DNA of 64,000 nucleotides, from assembly GCA_004764695.1 (NCBI GenBank), contig SMSO01000036.1, positions 992,001-1,056,000 on the forward strand. Direction: 5' to 3'. Below, in pieces: positions 37,403 to 48,993 of this stretch. The position numbers and the translations under genes were made by a program. The stretch's first letter is position 1. Each line of letters starts with the position of its first letter. The notes below the pieces were generated by a model, which worked only from the letters and a program-made list of their open reading frames with translations, did not search any database and was not told the origin of the DNA. The DNA comes from Schizochytrium sp. TIO01. Lineage: Eukaryota > Protista > Bigyra: Labyrinthulomycetes.

Positions 37403-39034
37403 ATGCCTGTGCCGAGAAGGTCGGCGCTGGTGCGATTCCTGGCGATCAATGACGTGTATACGCTGGAGAACCTGAGCAGGCTGAAGCATTTGTACGTCAC
37501 TAAAGAACGTGAGGCCAAAGGGCTCGCGGACGATGTTACAGTGCTGCGAACGCTCGCAGGCGACTTTCTGAGTCCAAATGTGCTCTCTCCGATCGACAGT
37601 GGATATGCTTTCATGAGGTGTTTCAATGCCGTCGGAGTTACGCATCTCTGTTTCGGCAATCACGAAGCGAATATCAGCATCAACCAGCTTGAGGAGCGCA
37701 TGCACGAGTGCAAAGGAAAACTCCTCAATACCAATGTTCCAAATTACAGCCGGCCCAAGCTTCCCGTGTATGACATTGTCGAAGCAGGCCATCTCCGCCT
37801 TGGTCTCTTCGGCCTTGTTACTAATGAGAAGACGGTTTTCGTAAATAGCACCTTCAAGAAATTCCCCATCCTGGATCCGATTGAGGTCGCTCTTGATATG
37901 GAGAAGAAGCTCCGCGAGGAACATGGATGTACGCATGTCGTTGCCCTCACGCACCAGTCCATTGCCAGAGACCGTGAACTCGCAACAGCTACGACACTAA
38001 ATGCTATTCTTGGTGGCCATGAGCATACCCCGTTTGACGAACTGGTCGAGGGTTGTCGCATTATCAAAACCGGAAAAGACGCAGAGACCGGAGGGGTTCT
38101 CGACCTTTACTTCTCTGGTAAAAACGAAACTACTGTGTTCTACCACACGGAATCGACAGCAGACTATGACGAGGATCATGAAATTGCGGACCTTGTTGAC
38201 ATTTGCATGGATTCCGTCAGTCAGCTTGGTACAGAGATCATGATCGACACCAAGAAACCTTTGTCTGCGAAAGGAACGCGATTTCGTCCAACTGCGCTCG
38301 GGTCACTCTTTGGAACTTACATCAAGCGTGAGCTAGAGACTGAAGTTGCCATGATCAACGGAGCCACTATTAAAGCACGCTCAGACTTTGCCTCCGGCCA
38401 AGTCTCCCTTGCCGACCTCAACACTGTGCTTCCCTTCCCCACCAAGCTTATCTCCACCAAAATCCCTGGTCATGTTCTTCAACACGCGGTGCGCTTCTCC
38501 CGCTCAAACCGCCCGTGGGAGGCTGAAAAGCGTGGTTTTTTGCAGCTCGATGGCGAGGTTGTGATTAAAAACCCCACTGTATCTGGTGTATATGGAGCGA
38601 AGCCCGATGATATCAAGCCCGAGGAATTCGATACCATTGTGGAAATTGATGGCGAGCCTTTCGAACCGGAGAGGGTGTACACTGTTGCATTGCCAAGAAA
38701 TTTGCTCAATGGGTTCTGCGAGATCGAACCCTTGATGGAATATAGCCAGAATAACCCAGGCGTCGTCCCCGACGCAGACAACTTCATCCCAGCCAAGGAT
38801 GTAATTGTTCGCCGCTGCGCCCGTCGTCTATGGGCCCAGTTGGGAGACTTTGAGCTCATTGACCTTGATAAGGATGGTTTTGTCACAAGACCTGAACTCA
38901 AACAGCGTATTAAGGACATGGTCGGCGTCACTCCTTCCGAAGCTATCCTAGATGGTCTCATCGATGCTCTGGATGTCAACCGGGATGGCATCATCAGCCA
39001 TGAAGAGTACACTCATTTGCGGAACAAGCTCTAA
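37403..39034 (+). CDS. 5'-nucleotidase/apyrase-family metallophosphoesterase with a C-terminal EF-hand pair
   Basis: Calcineurin-like motifs NDVY, AGDFLSP, FGNHE, LTHQ and GGHEH; 5'-NT C-domain motifs AMINGATIK and VLPFP; EF loops DLDKDGFVTRPE and DVNRDGIISHEE. No signal peptide is seen. Confidence 0.9.
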   Translation: MPVPRRSALVRFLAINDVYTLENLSRLKHLYVTKEREAKGLADDVTVLRTLAGDFLSPNVLSPIDSGYAFMRCFNAVGVTHLCFGNHEANISINQLEERMHECKGKLLNTNVPNYSRPKLPVYDIVEAGHLRLGLFGLVTNEKTVFVNSTFKKFPILDPIEVALDMEKKLREEHGCTHVVALTHQSIARDRELATATTLNAILGGHEHTPFDELVEGCRIIKTGKDAETGGVLDLYFSGKNETTVFYHTESTADYDEDHEIADLVDICMDSVSQLGTEIMIDTKKPLSAKGTRFRPTALGSLFGTYIKRELETEVAMINGATIKARSDFASGQVSLADLNTVLPFPTKLISTKIPGHVLQHAVRFSRSNRPWEAEKRGFLQLDGEVVIKNPTVSGVYGAKPDDIKPEEFDTIVEIDGEPFEPERVYTVALPRNLLNGFCEIEPLMEYSQNNPGVVPDADNFIPAKDVIVRRCARRLWAQLGDFELIDLDKDGFVTRPELKQRIKDMVGVTPSEAILDGLIDALDVNRDGIISHEEYTHLRNKL

Positions 39035-39789
39035 TTCTTCTCTTGCCTTTTTTGAATTCGAATCATGTGTCCAAGTCTGTACATCACGTTTTGTTTCGCT
39101 TTGTTGCTAATACTGTTTTTGGTTATAGCACTTGCAAGTTCGTTCGACATCAACTATTCTATCGGACCACACCTCCACCTCGTGCCCATGAACATTGTTT
39201 TACAACATCTTGTTTCCAAATCCTGCCTTCGAGCACTCCCGTCAGCCCACAGGCTCACTGACCTTTCTCGACGACCTAGTTACTGTAATCAATACAGAGA
39301 TTATCGGTGTTCATTTGCATCTTTTCTTGATTTCAATCTTTCTATTTGTACGGTGTGAGTATCATCTCAAATGAATCTCAATTTATCTCAAATATTCAAA
39401 AGAAAACTCGAGCCTGTCGTAAACTTGCCAGCATTGAGTTGGGAAGTCTGTGGTCTCCTAGATCAAGTCTTTGGTATTTTGAAAGGAAGCACGGAAGTAT
39501 TCAAATCCTTTCGAAGGAGTACAAAAGCATGATAACTAATCCTTTAAAACGAGCACAGATCTTGTACTCCTTTATCCAGTGGAGCTCACCTGCCTATCTT
39601 TTGCTGAAAGTGCAGAATTCATAGGAAGACCCCTTCTAAGCTGTACTTGTTCAAAAACTAAAATATTTCAGTGATTTAGGACGTAGAATACAATCAAAAT
39701 TATGATAATCGATTCCATGGTTCTTGGATGATGGAATATCAAAAGGTAGCAACAGATTAGGTTTAATAGTTTGTTTTGAACTGCAGGAT

Positions 39790-40731
39790 TTACGAAGAAT
39801 AAGAAGGGCCCTGAAACTTAAGCTTCCTAAATAGTGCATTCAATGTTGCCTGCTGCTGAATTTGGACTGCATCTTTATAGCGTGAGTCGCGCATCTTCAA
39901 AAAGTCGAGTTTCTTTGTAGATGAGGGCTTCGTTAACTTTTCTACCCGTTGGGCTTCCCGCAACTCATCCTGGTGACAGATGACTAACCTAAGTCGACGT
40001 CTAGCTTCTAAAAGACTCAAGTCGGCTTCTCGAGCTTCCTTGCGCGCAACAGCGACGCGTTGAAGAAAAAGGCCCTGGCGTGCATTAAGTAATTCGGCTT
40101 CTAAGGTCAATCGGGCTTTCCTATGCTTGTCATGAAGTAATGTTTCACGTAGTTCGGCAAATGTGCGATCCAAGTTGCGATGAATAATTGTTAACTCCTG
40201 CCCCGACTTGCTCGCTCGAGCTCGGCAATCAGAAGCTATAGCTTCAAGGTTGGCAACCTTGGTTTGCAGGTCATGGAGGCGAATGACACCCTGTCGTATC
40301 GCGGTTGTACGCTCTGCTTCAGTAATTTCGTTCTTTTGTCTTTTTGGTATCTCGATACGATTTTCTTCGAGACGCTCAGTGTCGCTTTTATTGTTCTTCG
40401 AGTCACTGGGCTCAGAAGCTGGCTTGATATTCTTTGCAGCTCTTCCAGGTGCAGGCGGCGCAGACCGGCTCGTTCTACTTGGATCCAGAGAAAACACTCT
40501 AGTCTTAACTGAGCGAGGAGTCTTTGGCATGCGCGGTACTTTTGGTTGATATGGCCCATTCTGCCATAGTTTTAGCTGCGAAAGCTCCTCGCTTTTGGCG
40601 TACGATAGCCCTTGCCCATTACTTCTTCGCCGCACCTTGGACTTCTTTTTTGCGTCTACTGGCGTTGCTGAGTTTGATCCAGTCAAAGAGTTCTTGCCCA
40701 CGTGCGCGATATTGCCTTGCACTTTTGTCAT
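39790..40731 (-). CDS. Hypothetical protein, 313 aa (basic disordered N-terminus, coiled-coil C-terminal half)
   Basis: ATG-started long ORF with heptad-rich composition; no family recognised. Confidence 0.7.
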   Translation of the reverse strand: MTKVQGNIAHVGKNSLTGSNSATPVDAKKKSKVRRRSNGQGLSYAKSEELSQLKLWQNGPYQPKVPRMPKTPRSVKTRVFSLDPSRTSRSAPPAPGRAAKNIKPASEPSDSKNNKSDTERLEENRIEIPKRQKNEITEAERTTAIRQGVIRLHDLQTKVANLEAIASDCRARASKSGQELTIIHRNLDRTFAELRETLLHDKHRKARLTLEAELLNARQGLFLQRVAVARKEAREADLSLLEARRRLRLVICHQDELREAQRVEKLTKPSSTKKLDFLKMRDSRYKDAVQIQQQATLNALFRKLKFQGPSYSS

Positions 40732-43700
40732 AATACTGAGTCCAGTCTATCCAAAGAATAGCTATTCTTGGCCGAGCTTGCCACTGTTCAACACAGTCTG
40801 CTTTGGTTTTTGCGTCCGGCTCTGTGTAGGTGTTACAGGAGACGTCTCGCCTCTCGTTTGCGTCCGTCTGTCACTGCATGCGACGGCTCTGTGCCCAAAT
40901 ACGCATAAACGCGAGCTCGAGGTCGACGGTCGTTTACAGAATCGGCTCAAAACCGTTTGTCCTTCCTGCGAAGAACTGTAGTACCTGCCTTTACATATGC
41001 TGCTCCGCACATCGTCAAGCACTGAGATTTTCCACGTTCTTGCAGAAACCTGTGAAGAGGTGTGTACCTACATCTATAACTATAACTAGATAAGTAAACA
41101 CCTGACACATACAGTTAAGACAGCGAGCTTCAATCTAGTGGTGCTTAGATTCTCAGTGTTAGTTTAGCTTTTTGGCAAGGAAAGTAAGTGCAGCAGCTCA
41201 AACAGTTGGGCACTAGGAACCTAGTATGATTGCATCCAAGCTCAACGATTGTAGCTCTTGGACGTGTTCTGCTGTTCTATTTAGCGTGAGCGATTGGCGA
41301 ACAACAGGACTCCCGGAGTGGCTGTGGACAAGCAGTTTTGGCACTTTGTTCATGCTCAGTCTTAGTTTCCAAGGCAGTCATGGGTTCTTCAAAGCAGGGT
41401 GTGTAGTACGTAGAGGGCCTTAGAGCCATTGTTTTGGGTAGTGTAAGAGGATGGATTCTTCTTCTTCTTTATCTTGCCTCATATACACATGGAGGGGTTC
41501 ACACTTGAATGTAAAGTAGAATTAAGGCGCATTACACGTCAAACTATCATGCACTTCGCAATGAGAGTGACATAAGGGACGCGATGCGATGCCAGTTAAC
41601 TGTGAGATGACCACGCTTGTGCACTAAGACTGTCGCCTTCGCTTTGCACTGAAGCAAGGGCATAAGCAAGGGCATAAGCAAGCCTCTCCGTACGGCATTT
41701 TCCTGTAGAATTAGCAGCAGCGAATGCAGTGCAAGCTTTGCTTAAGCTGTTTCGAGCGCAGGCATTTTCAGGGAAGGAGCAAGTACGTCGCGACGGGAGT
41801 GATGGGGAGCACGCTATGCTGTTCAGGGCGATTCTTGCTGCCCTGTATCAAACACATCGAGCCGTTGAATGTGGAATCATGACCCTCCACTCGAAGCATT
41901 GACGGCCGTGTTAATGGAACATGCTCCTGTGGTCGCCGCGGAGGGAGCTCTGTACAAAGTCGTTTATGAAGGCTATGAACATCATGAAGTTAGCTATTGA
42001 GAAGAAACTAAATCATTGTGAAACCCTGACTTTACCTACGTACCTCTTGAAGCAGCAAATTATAGAGCACGAGCAGTGAGTGGTACACACCTGCGTCGTA
42101 GCGCAGAAAAGCGTTGATCGATGATTGTCGCTGTAAGTTCCTTGTCGCGCCTTGCACCATTCTTGCGCTGGGAGCCTGGGTAGGGTCGGGACGCGAGGCC
42201 AGCTAAATCTGGCTTAGGTATTTCTAATGACTGGCGCGGCACTGCAACATGCGGGGCGCGGACTAGGAGAGAGGAGGAGAGCACAGCTCGCATTTCTGAG
42301 ATCGATGAAACTTTTTTCTTACCTTTTTTCTTTCTCTTTTGGAGAACGAAAACACACTTAGAGGTCTATACAGGCTCTGCATCGATATCATTTAAGGGCG
42401 ACACCTGAGCGCGAGGATTGGCTGCCATCTGCTCCCGATGGAATGGCCTTACAACGCCTTACCACGAGGTTTTGTGGAGTACCCGAATTTCTGTTTGCTT
42501 TAATCAATTGAGCATCGGCGCTTGCTTTTTGTGTTGCTGTTATTATCAGTTATTATCAAACATATTTTACAGCAAGGTTGATTTGCGGACTCTACCAGGG
42601 AGAGGAGCCGTCGGCATGCAATACAAAAGTGAGAGTCGAGGCGAATGGAGGCGGACAGGGGTTTGAGATGATCCTTTGGCTGCGGTCTTTCTTGAAATTG
42701 GACTCGGACAGTTCAGTTGTAAAACGAAACATAATTTAATTGAAAAAGTTTTAATTGAAAGAAAGGTTTTTTAATAGTATGTCGGAAGAGATCATCTATC
42801 CGCTACGCGAATATTTGATGCTCGAGTTGAAGAAGTTGTTTCTACTCTGGCGCTAGGCTCTAAAGTCTCCAAGTTTTGAGTGCTTGCGCATCCTATTTTA
42901 TAGTTCAATGTGCTGATTTCAAATGAAAAACTAATGTGATTGGGAAAGATTATTACCCAAACCGCAAGGCGAAGATTAGTGTTCTTCTACACGTCGAAAC
43001 CTAATCTCCGTGGTACATCTGGTGTCGAAAAATAAGGTCACTATCTCGTTGCAATAATTTTATCAATACTCGATAACAACTTACTAACTTTAGAACGCAG
43101 ACAAAAGTCCTGTTGGCTGGCTAGATGCGCGTAACCTCGTTTGCTGGACCCAAAACCTTGCCATGATGTAAGAAACACTACTCAATCCAAATTGAATTCT
43201 CTTGCAACCAAAAGTCTTCTACGCAGAGGTAATGGAAAATGCTTCGATTGTGCAAGTTACTCACTTTCACGTACATGCCTGAGTAGGCGCCTACCTGATA
43301 TCCTGCGCCCCCAAAGCCGGTAAGTAGCTTTGTAGTTGACTTCTGTTCTGGGCATAAGCATTGTCAGAATGGTGGTTGTTGTAGCCAGGAAACTTCGCTC
43401 TTGAGAGAAACTTGCTTTTTCATTTCCTTTTATCTCCGAGTGAAAAAAAGAAAAGAGATAAAGAACCAGAATCGCGTTGCTGTAATATTTTCATGATCAC
43501 ATCACGTCGTGCATTCGTCCATTCTGAGCGACAGTGTATCATTGTTTCTCTCGTTGAACCTAATATCTTCAGTCCGCAAAAGTCAGCGTGTTTTAATGAC
43601 TGATCTTGCCCAGACGTGATCCATCCCATCTCAAGGTTATGGCGATGATAACTAATATATATATTTTCATATGAATGGCATAAAATGATATTCTTCGTCT

Positions 43701-44191
43701 TTTATGATAGCTTGCGGCTATTAGCTCATGTATGCTTAACTACTAACTACGCAAGTGAGCACTCGCTGATCTAGATATTGTTTCTTGCAAGTCGTTCTCG
43801 CGCCACACTCTAGAAATATCAAACATTCTAGCCTCTCCAGTTATCAAGTGCTGTGGTGATTGATGCCCTACGGTTCCTTTGTGCTACTTGTACTCTTCAG
43901 ATTTATGTTCTCTAACTGATGAGAATGAGAGACAATGGTTTTTTATCCGCTCAGGCTTTTTCTACAAATTTTTAGATGAAAAAAAAAGTGCTTTCTATTT
44001 AAAAACTTTTTTTTTTCTTAGTTGTTATCACCTACTACCTAATTTCTTACGCGCCCGCGTCTTACATCTCAAAGTTGGAAATGCTGATTCGATTGACAGC
44101 AATTCCCAATCCTTTGGAAATCAGTGACAGAATCAAGTGCAGCGAAACTCTCAAAGCGCCAGAAGGCTAACCTTCGGCGTATTGTGAGCAC

Positions 44192-45334
44192 ATGGCAAAC
44201 ATGAGGCGCCTGAAGCTTGAGCTTTTCCTCACTGTCTGCCTGTGCCTATTGACATTTGTTGAATCTCGTCCACATGCTACTACACATTTGCGCTCGAGGT
44301 CACGAACACTAAGTAGCACAAGCAACTCCATCCCGAGTGAATATGCATCAGATGATGAAGTGCCTGAAAAGGCATATGACGATAGTGATGAAGATCTTGA
44401 CGATGATGTAGAGATTACATACTACAACGACGATGGAGTTATAACAATTGCTGAACCAACCAGCGACATCGAGCCTCGCGGCGATGGATACACGAGTGAA
44501 GATAACGATGGAACTGTTACTATTGAAGATGGCGAACCCACGGACGACATCGAGCCTCGTGGCGACGGATCCACCACTGACGACGATGATGATGATGATG
44601 GGGTCGTGACTATTGCTGATGGAACAATCGAAATCGATCCCCCTGTCGAGGACTACTCATCTGATGATGAAGACCATCCTGTAACAGATAGGAAAATGCC
44701 TGTAGAAGCAAGCGAAGACGACGATGGACTCGTCACCATTACTGATGGAACAATTGAAATCGATCCCCCTGTCGAGGACTACTCATCTGATGATGAAGAC
44801 CAACCCGTAACAGACAGACAGACAAGCGAAGACGACGATGGACTCGTCACCATTACTGATGGAACAATCGAAATCGATCCTCCTGTCGAGGACTACTCAT
44901 CTGATGATGAAGACCAACCCGTAACAGACAGACAGACAAGCGAAGACGACGATGGGCTCGTCACCATTACTGATGGAACAATCGACATCGATCCCCCTGT
45001 CGAGGACTACTCATCTGATGATGAAGACCAACCCGTAACAGACAGACAGACAAGCGAAGACGACGATGGGCTCGTCACCATTACTGATGGAACAATCGAC
45101 ATCGATCCCCCTGTCGAGGACTACTCATCTGATGATAAAGACCAACCCGTAACAGACAGACAGACAAGCGAAGACGACGATGGGCTCGTCACCATTACTG
45201 ATGGAACAATCGACATCGATCCTCCTGTCGAGGACTACTCATCTGATGATGAAGACCAACCCGTAACAGACAGACAGACAAGCGAAGACGACGATGGTGT
45301 TGTCACAATCGCAAATGATGAATACGACGACGAC

Positions 45335-45366
<32 letters not shown>

Positions 45367-46744
45367 TGATTATGAGAGTACCGAAGACGACGATGATGAT
45401 GACGACTACGAGAGTGAAGATAACTTCAACAATATTGTTCTTGAATACACCACCCAAGGTTCATCGGATGAAGATAATGATTCGGATAACAACAGCAATG
45501 ATAACAACTCTACTGATGATGAGCGGCGTCGGTACACTCGAGGCTCGTTCAAGAAGATTGACCTCACGAGCCTTGTTCAAAAACCAAGCACTTCGAGTAT
45601 CGTTGGAGGCACAGAAGTTCCATCAACAAGCAATTATCAATTTATTGTGTCCCTTCAGAAAGGCTCGACGAACTTCGCATACTGTGGCGGTAGTCTTATT
45701 TCAAAACGTGTTGTCATGACCGCAGGCCACTGCATCAGCTATGCAGTTCCTACACGGGTTGTAATTGGCGCGTATAATCTTGCAGATGTTTCCTCAGACA
45801 ACATTTACTATGTGGAAACTGCTATCATTCATCCATCATATGTCGGTGTGCAGAATGATGTCGCGCTGCTATACCTCACAAAGGATGTGACAAATGTAAG
45901 CCCAGTAGAAATTAGTCGTGAAATGTTTGCTTCGCCTCAAGAGGCCAATGGTCAAATGCTTACCGTCATAGGATGGGGCTATACTTCTGAAGGAGCAGGA
46001 GTGGTGCAAAAGAAACTCCGTGAGGTAGACGTACCCGTTGTAAGCCAAACTAAGTGCTCCGAAAGTTACTCCGGAATCAAGAGTAGCATGATTTGCGCAG
46101 GCTACGATGTAGATGGAAAGGATAGCTGCTCGGGCGATTCTGGTGGACCCCTCTTTTACACGGACAATATCACTGGTGCTATAACTCAAGTTGGTATTGT
46201 TTCGTTTGGAAGCGGCTGCGCTCGCGCAAAGTACTATGGTGTATATGCTCGCCCTTCATATTTCATCAACTGGATTGAAGATACGCTTGAAGGCTACGGT
46301 GAGGTCTTAGGGTCTGGCACAGCAAGTCCAACAATTGCACCAACCCCTGCCCCAACAGTCTCCTCTGATGCTGACGAACAAGCTGAATATGACTATTGTA
46401 TCAGCTACGGCAATAAGAAAAAGTGTACTAGATCTGCTCGGTCCAATCGGTGTTTCTGGAACACAGGCGAAGTAGATAACATGCCTTCAAGCACTTGTCT
46501 TCCGGTCTGGATGGAACCATCGCAGGCACCAACGCCAGCACCCTCTGTCCTTGTACTCGATACACTCTCCGACTTTGAAGACGAAATGAACTTCTGTGCT
46601 ACAAACAAAGCTAGTTTATGCACATCTGGAAGTAGGGCAAGCCGTTGCTTCTGGAACAAAAAGCGAAATGGCTACCTTTCTGTTAAAGCATTCTACAACA
46701 CGTGCTTACCACTATATCTCAAGACTCTTTTCTCCGGTGCTTAA
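44192..46744 (+). CDS. Secreted trypsin-like (S1A) serine protease with a long Asp-rich tandem-repeat pro-region and two C-terminal Cys-rich repeats
   Basis: Signal peptide (LELFLTVCLCLLTFVES); IVGG at 45599; catalytic motifs MTAGHC, NDVALL and GDSGGP; specificity Asp in GKDSC; IVSFGSGC and YGVYAR. Confidence 0.95.
44585..45310 (+). repeat. Coding 114-bp (38-aa) tandem repeat: 5 near-perfect copies plus flanking degenerate/partial copies
   Basis: Units start at 44711, 44825, 44939, 45053 and 45167, with a partial unit at 45281: SEDDDGLVTITDGTI(E/D)IDPPVEDYSSDDEDQPVTDRQT. Confidence 0.97.
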
Positions 46745-47226
46745 GAGACTTGCCACTCTTGCTGAAAAGATGGTCACCTTGGGTTTGCTTTCTTCATGTT
46801 GTTCAATTTATCTTCATGGGAATTGTTATTATCTACCATGTCATAGCATAACACTTTTGCATGCGGCTCGTCGAAGAAGGTTAATCCCTGAAAGTAATAC
46901 ACTGTCACTTGTCTCAAATGTAGAATAAATTCTAAAAAGTTTTGATTGCAACTCTCGCATACGATGGAGAGCCTAAATTATATCACTTCATTTTGTAAAT
47001 TGAGGTATTGCTTCGCTGAAGGCTCTTGGATATGTTTATGAAGACAGGATAAAATCAAGACAATATACAAGAATTCGGCAAGTAAAGAGGAACCAGAGCG
47101 ATTCTTGCGTGGTTTTGTAGAAAGAAAAACAATTTATAATGTTCACAGTAGTAGACCTAATGAAACTTGAATTGCGAAACTCAAGATTCCTTTATGGAAA
47201 CAACGTTCTGTTCACTCCAGGGGTTG

Positions 47227-48993
47227 CTAAACCAATGGAATTCCAGCGTTCTCAAGAGCCTGACACAAAGTTTCATGTTCCACACTAAGACGTTCTTTTT
47301 CGGCCTTTAGCCGAACAAGATCCAGATCCACGGTCACGGAATTTGTTTCGTCATTCATAAAATTTCGTGCGAATGTGATAGCACGTTGATGAGCACTAGT
47401 TTCTTCAAGGATATCTGCGAGCTCCTCTCTTAGCTTAGTTGCCTTTGTTTCCAAGTCTAGTACTTCTTGATCTATCACGGACCCGCCCGATATCAAAGGC
47501 TCTGAGGAAACCCTTACTCTATCTGAAACTTGTGCCAGAGCTGCGGCTTGCAAACCTTTCATTTCACTCTTACGCTCTTCAATTTGCCTACGCAAATACT
47601 CGTTTTCTTCTAAGGTCTCCCGCTCGACGAGCTCAAACTCCAAGTAAGACTGTAAAAGAGCTACCTGAAGATCCTGCACCGAGCTCGTTAGTAACTGCTT
47701 ACCTGGGGTGCTCATCCGCGTTTGCCGTAGTCTTTTCTCCTTTGCAACTAATTTTTCTTCTTCTCTACTTGTAGAACCATCATCTGATGGCGTTGAAGTT
47801 GCTGCTGTTGCTCTTGATCCTACTGCTTCAACTGTTGTGGTGGCATTGGTGGGGTTGGCTGTAACCTCACGTTCGAACGCGTTAGCCTCCTGGTGTAGAT
47901 TCTTAGAAACGATTTTGGTTTCCACTTTGGTGGAGTCTAGCATATTTGTTCCACTTACTGTCGATACTGCATCCCTTGTGGAGCTCCCGGTTGAGGCCAC
48001 CATGGTGCTATTAGGGGGGGAGGGAGCAGAGGATGTCTCAAGCGCTGCGGCAGCTTGTGACTTCTCCTCTTTCTCTTCGCGATCTAATCGAGCGTAGAAT
48101 CTCTCGGTGACCTGACTAGCGTGATCTTCGTAAGTGAGCGGGGGGGCTTTTCCGCCGTAGTCACTTGGGATCTCCGAAGGGTCAATTACTTCCTCCAAAT
48201 ACTTGAAGTAATCAGAGCGAACTATACGCAACTTAGCAACGGTGTCCTTATCCAGGAAGGTCTTCACGATGGCCCAAACAGCAGAAAAAATGAAGGGAGC
48301 ATTAATGAGAATAGAACGAAACATGCGCTCCGGGAAAAAAGTCTGGTCAATCTGCATCGTTTTCTTCATAATGCTATAAAACGGCTTCTTGAGCTGAGAC
48401 GTAGACCCGTTCTCGAGATCCATCACGACAGTGAATTGAGCGTCGAGCGGGCTATAGTCCTTAATACCCATTTTTCGAAGCTGAAGATCACGCATTCGCA
48501 TCATCCGCTCGCGAAGCCAGGCATGATAGCGAATAAAATTTGTTTCGTTCACCTGTTCCAAAATCTGGTGTACGTTTAAGTAGCACGCTCGAGCATATAG
48601 AACAGGATGCCCATAGCGATCAGTACCACGAATATATAGCGGATAGCGCTCATGGATGAATTTGGGGTCGCCTTTGCACTGCAACACATCTTTCGCAGGC
48701 AGCCGATAAATCCGTTCAAGATTGAATTCCTCAAACCAGTCTGTATACTGGTCAATCTGTTTCGCAGCGGCATCAACATCTCCATTTGTGGCAATAATGA
48801 ACCTGCTCAGGAACGACACCTCATCTTCCGCAGACTCCTTCATTCGTGTTTGAACCTTTGCATTGCCTCGCAGATGTTCACGGAGTCGATCTCTTTGGAC
48901 CATGAAATCTAAAGTCGACGAAGGTACATCTGCTTTACGTTCCACCGCTCCTTCACCAGGAAAGGTGCCAGTAGGCATTTGCAAAGCAGGCAT
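47227..48993 (-). CDS. Sec14/CRAL-TRIO lipid-binding protein with a C-terminal coiled coil
   Basis: FLSRFIIATNGDVDAA (CRAL_TRIO_N), GTDRYGHPV, VVMDLEN, DQTFFPERM, INAPFIFSAVWAIVKTFLDKDTVAKLRI and IPSDYGG. Confidence 0.93.
   Translation of the reverse strand: MPALQMPTGTFPGEGAVERKADVPSSTLDFMVQRDRLREHLRGNAKVQTRMKESAEDEVSFLSRFIIATNGDVDAAAKQIDQYTDWFEEFNLERIYRLPAKDVLQCKGDPKFIHERYPLYIRGTDRYGHPVLYARACYLNVHQILEQVNETNFIRYHAWLRERMMRMRDLQLRKMGIKDYSPLDAQFTVVMDLENGSTSQLKKPFYSIMKKTMQIDQTFFPERMFRSILINAPFIFSAVWAIVKTFLDKDTVAKLRIVRSDYFKYLEEVIDPSEIPSDYGGKAPPLTYEDHASQVTERFYARLDREEKEEKSQAAAALETSSAPSPPNSTMVASTGSSTRDAVSTVSGTNMLDSTKVETKIVSKNLHQEANAFEREVTANPTNATTTVEAVGSRATAATSTPSDDGSTSREEEKLVAKEKRLRQTRMSTPGKQLLTSSVQDLQVALLQSYLEFELVERETLEENEYLRRQIEERKSEMKGLQAAALAQVSDRVRVSSEPLISGGSVIDQEVLDLETKATKLREELADILEETSAHQRAITFARNFMNDETNSVTVDLDLVRLKAEKERLSVEHETLCQALENAGIPLV

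Noticed and set aside
37256-39012. Long antisense ORFs over the nucleotidase (and similar ones over the CRAL-TRIO, PEHE and TTLL9 genes)
   Set aside because: Shadow ORFs caused by codon bias of the sense gene; no domains.
44711-45310. Regular repeat array considered as a possible CRISPR
   Set aside because: There are no unique spacers; the units are in-frame coding repeats inside a eukaryotic protease.
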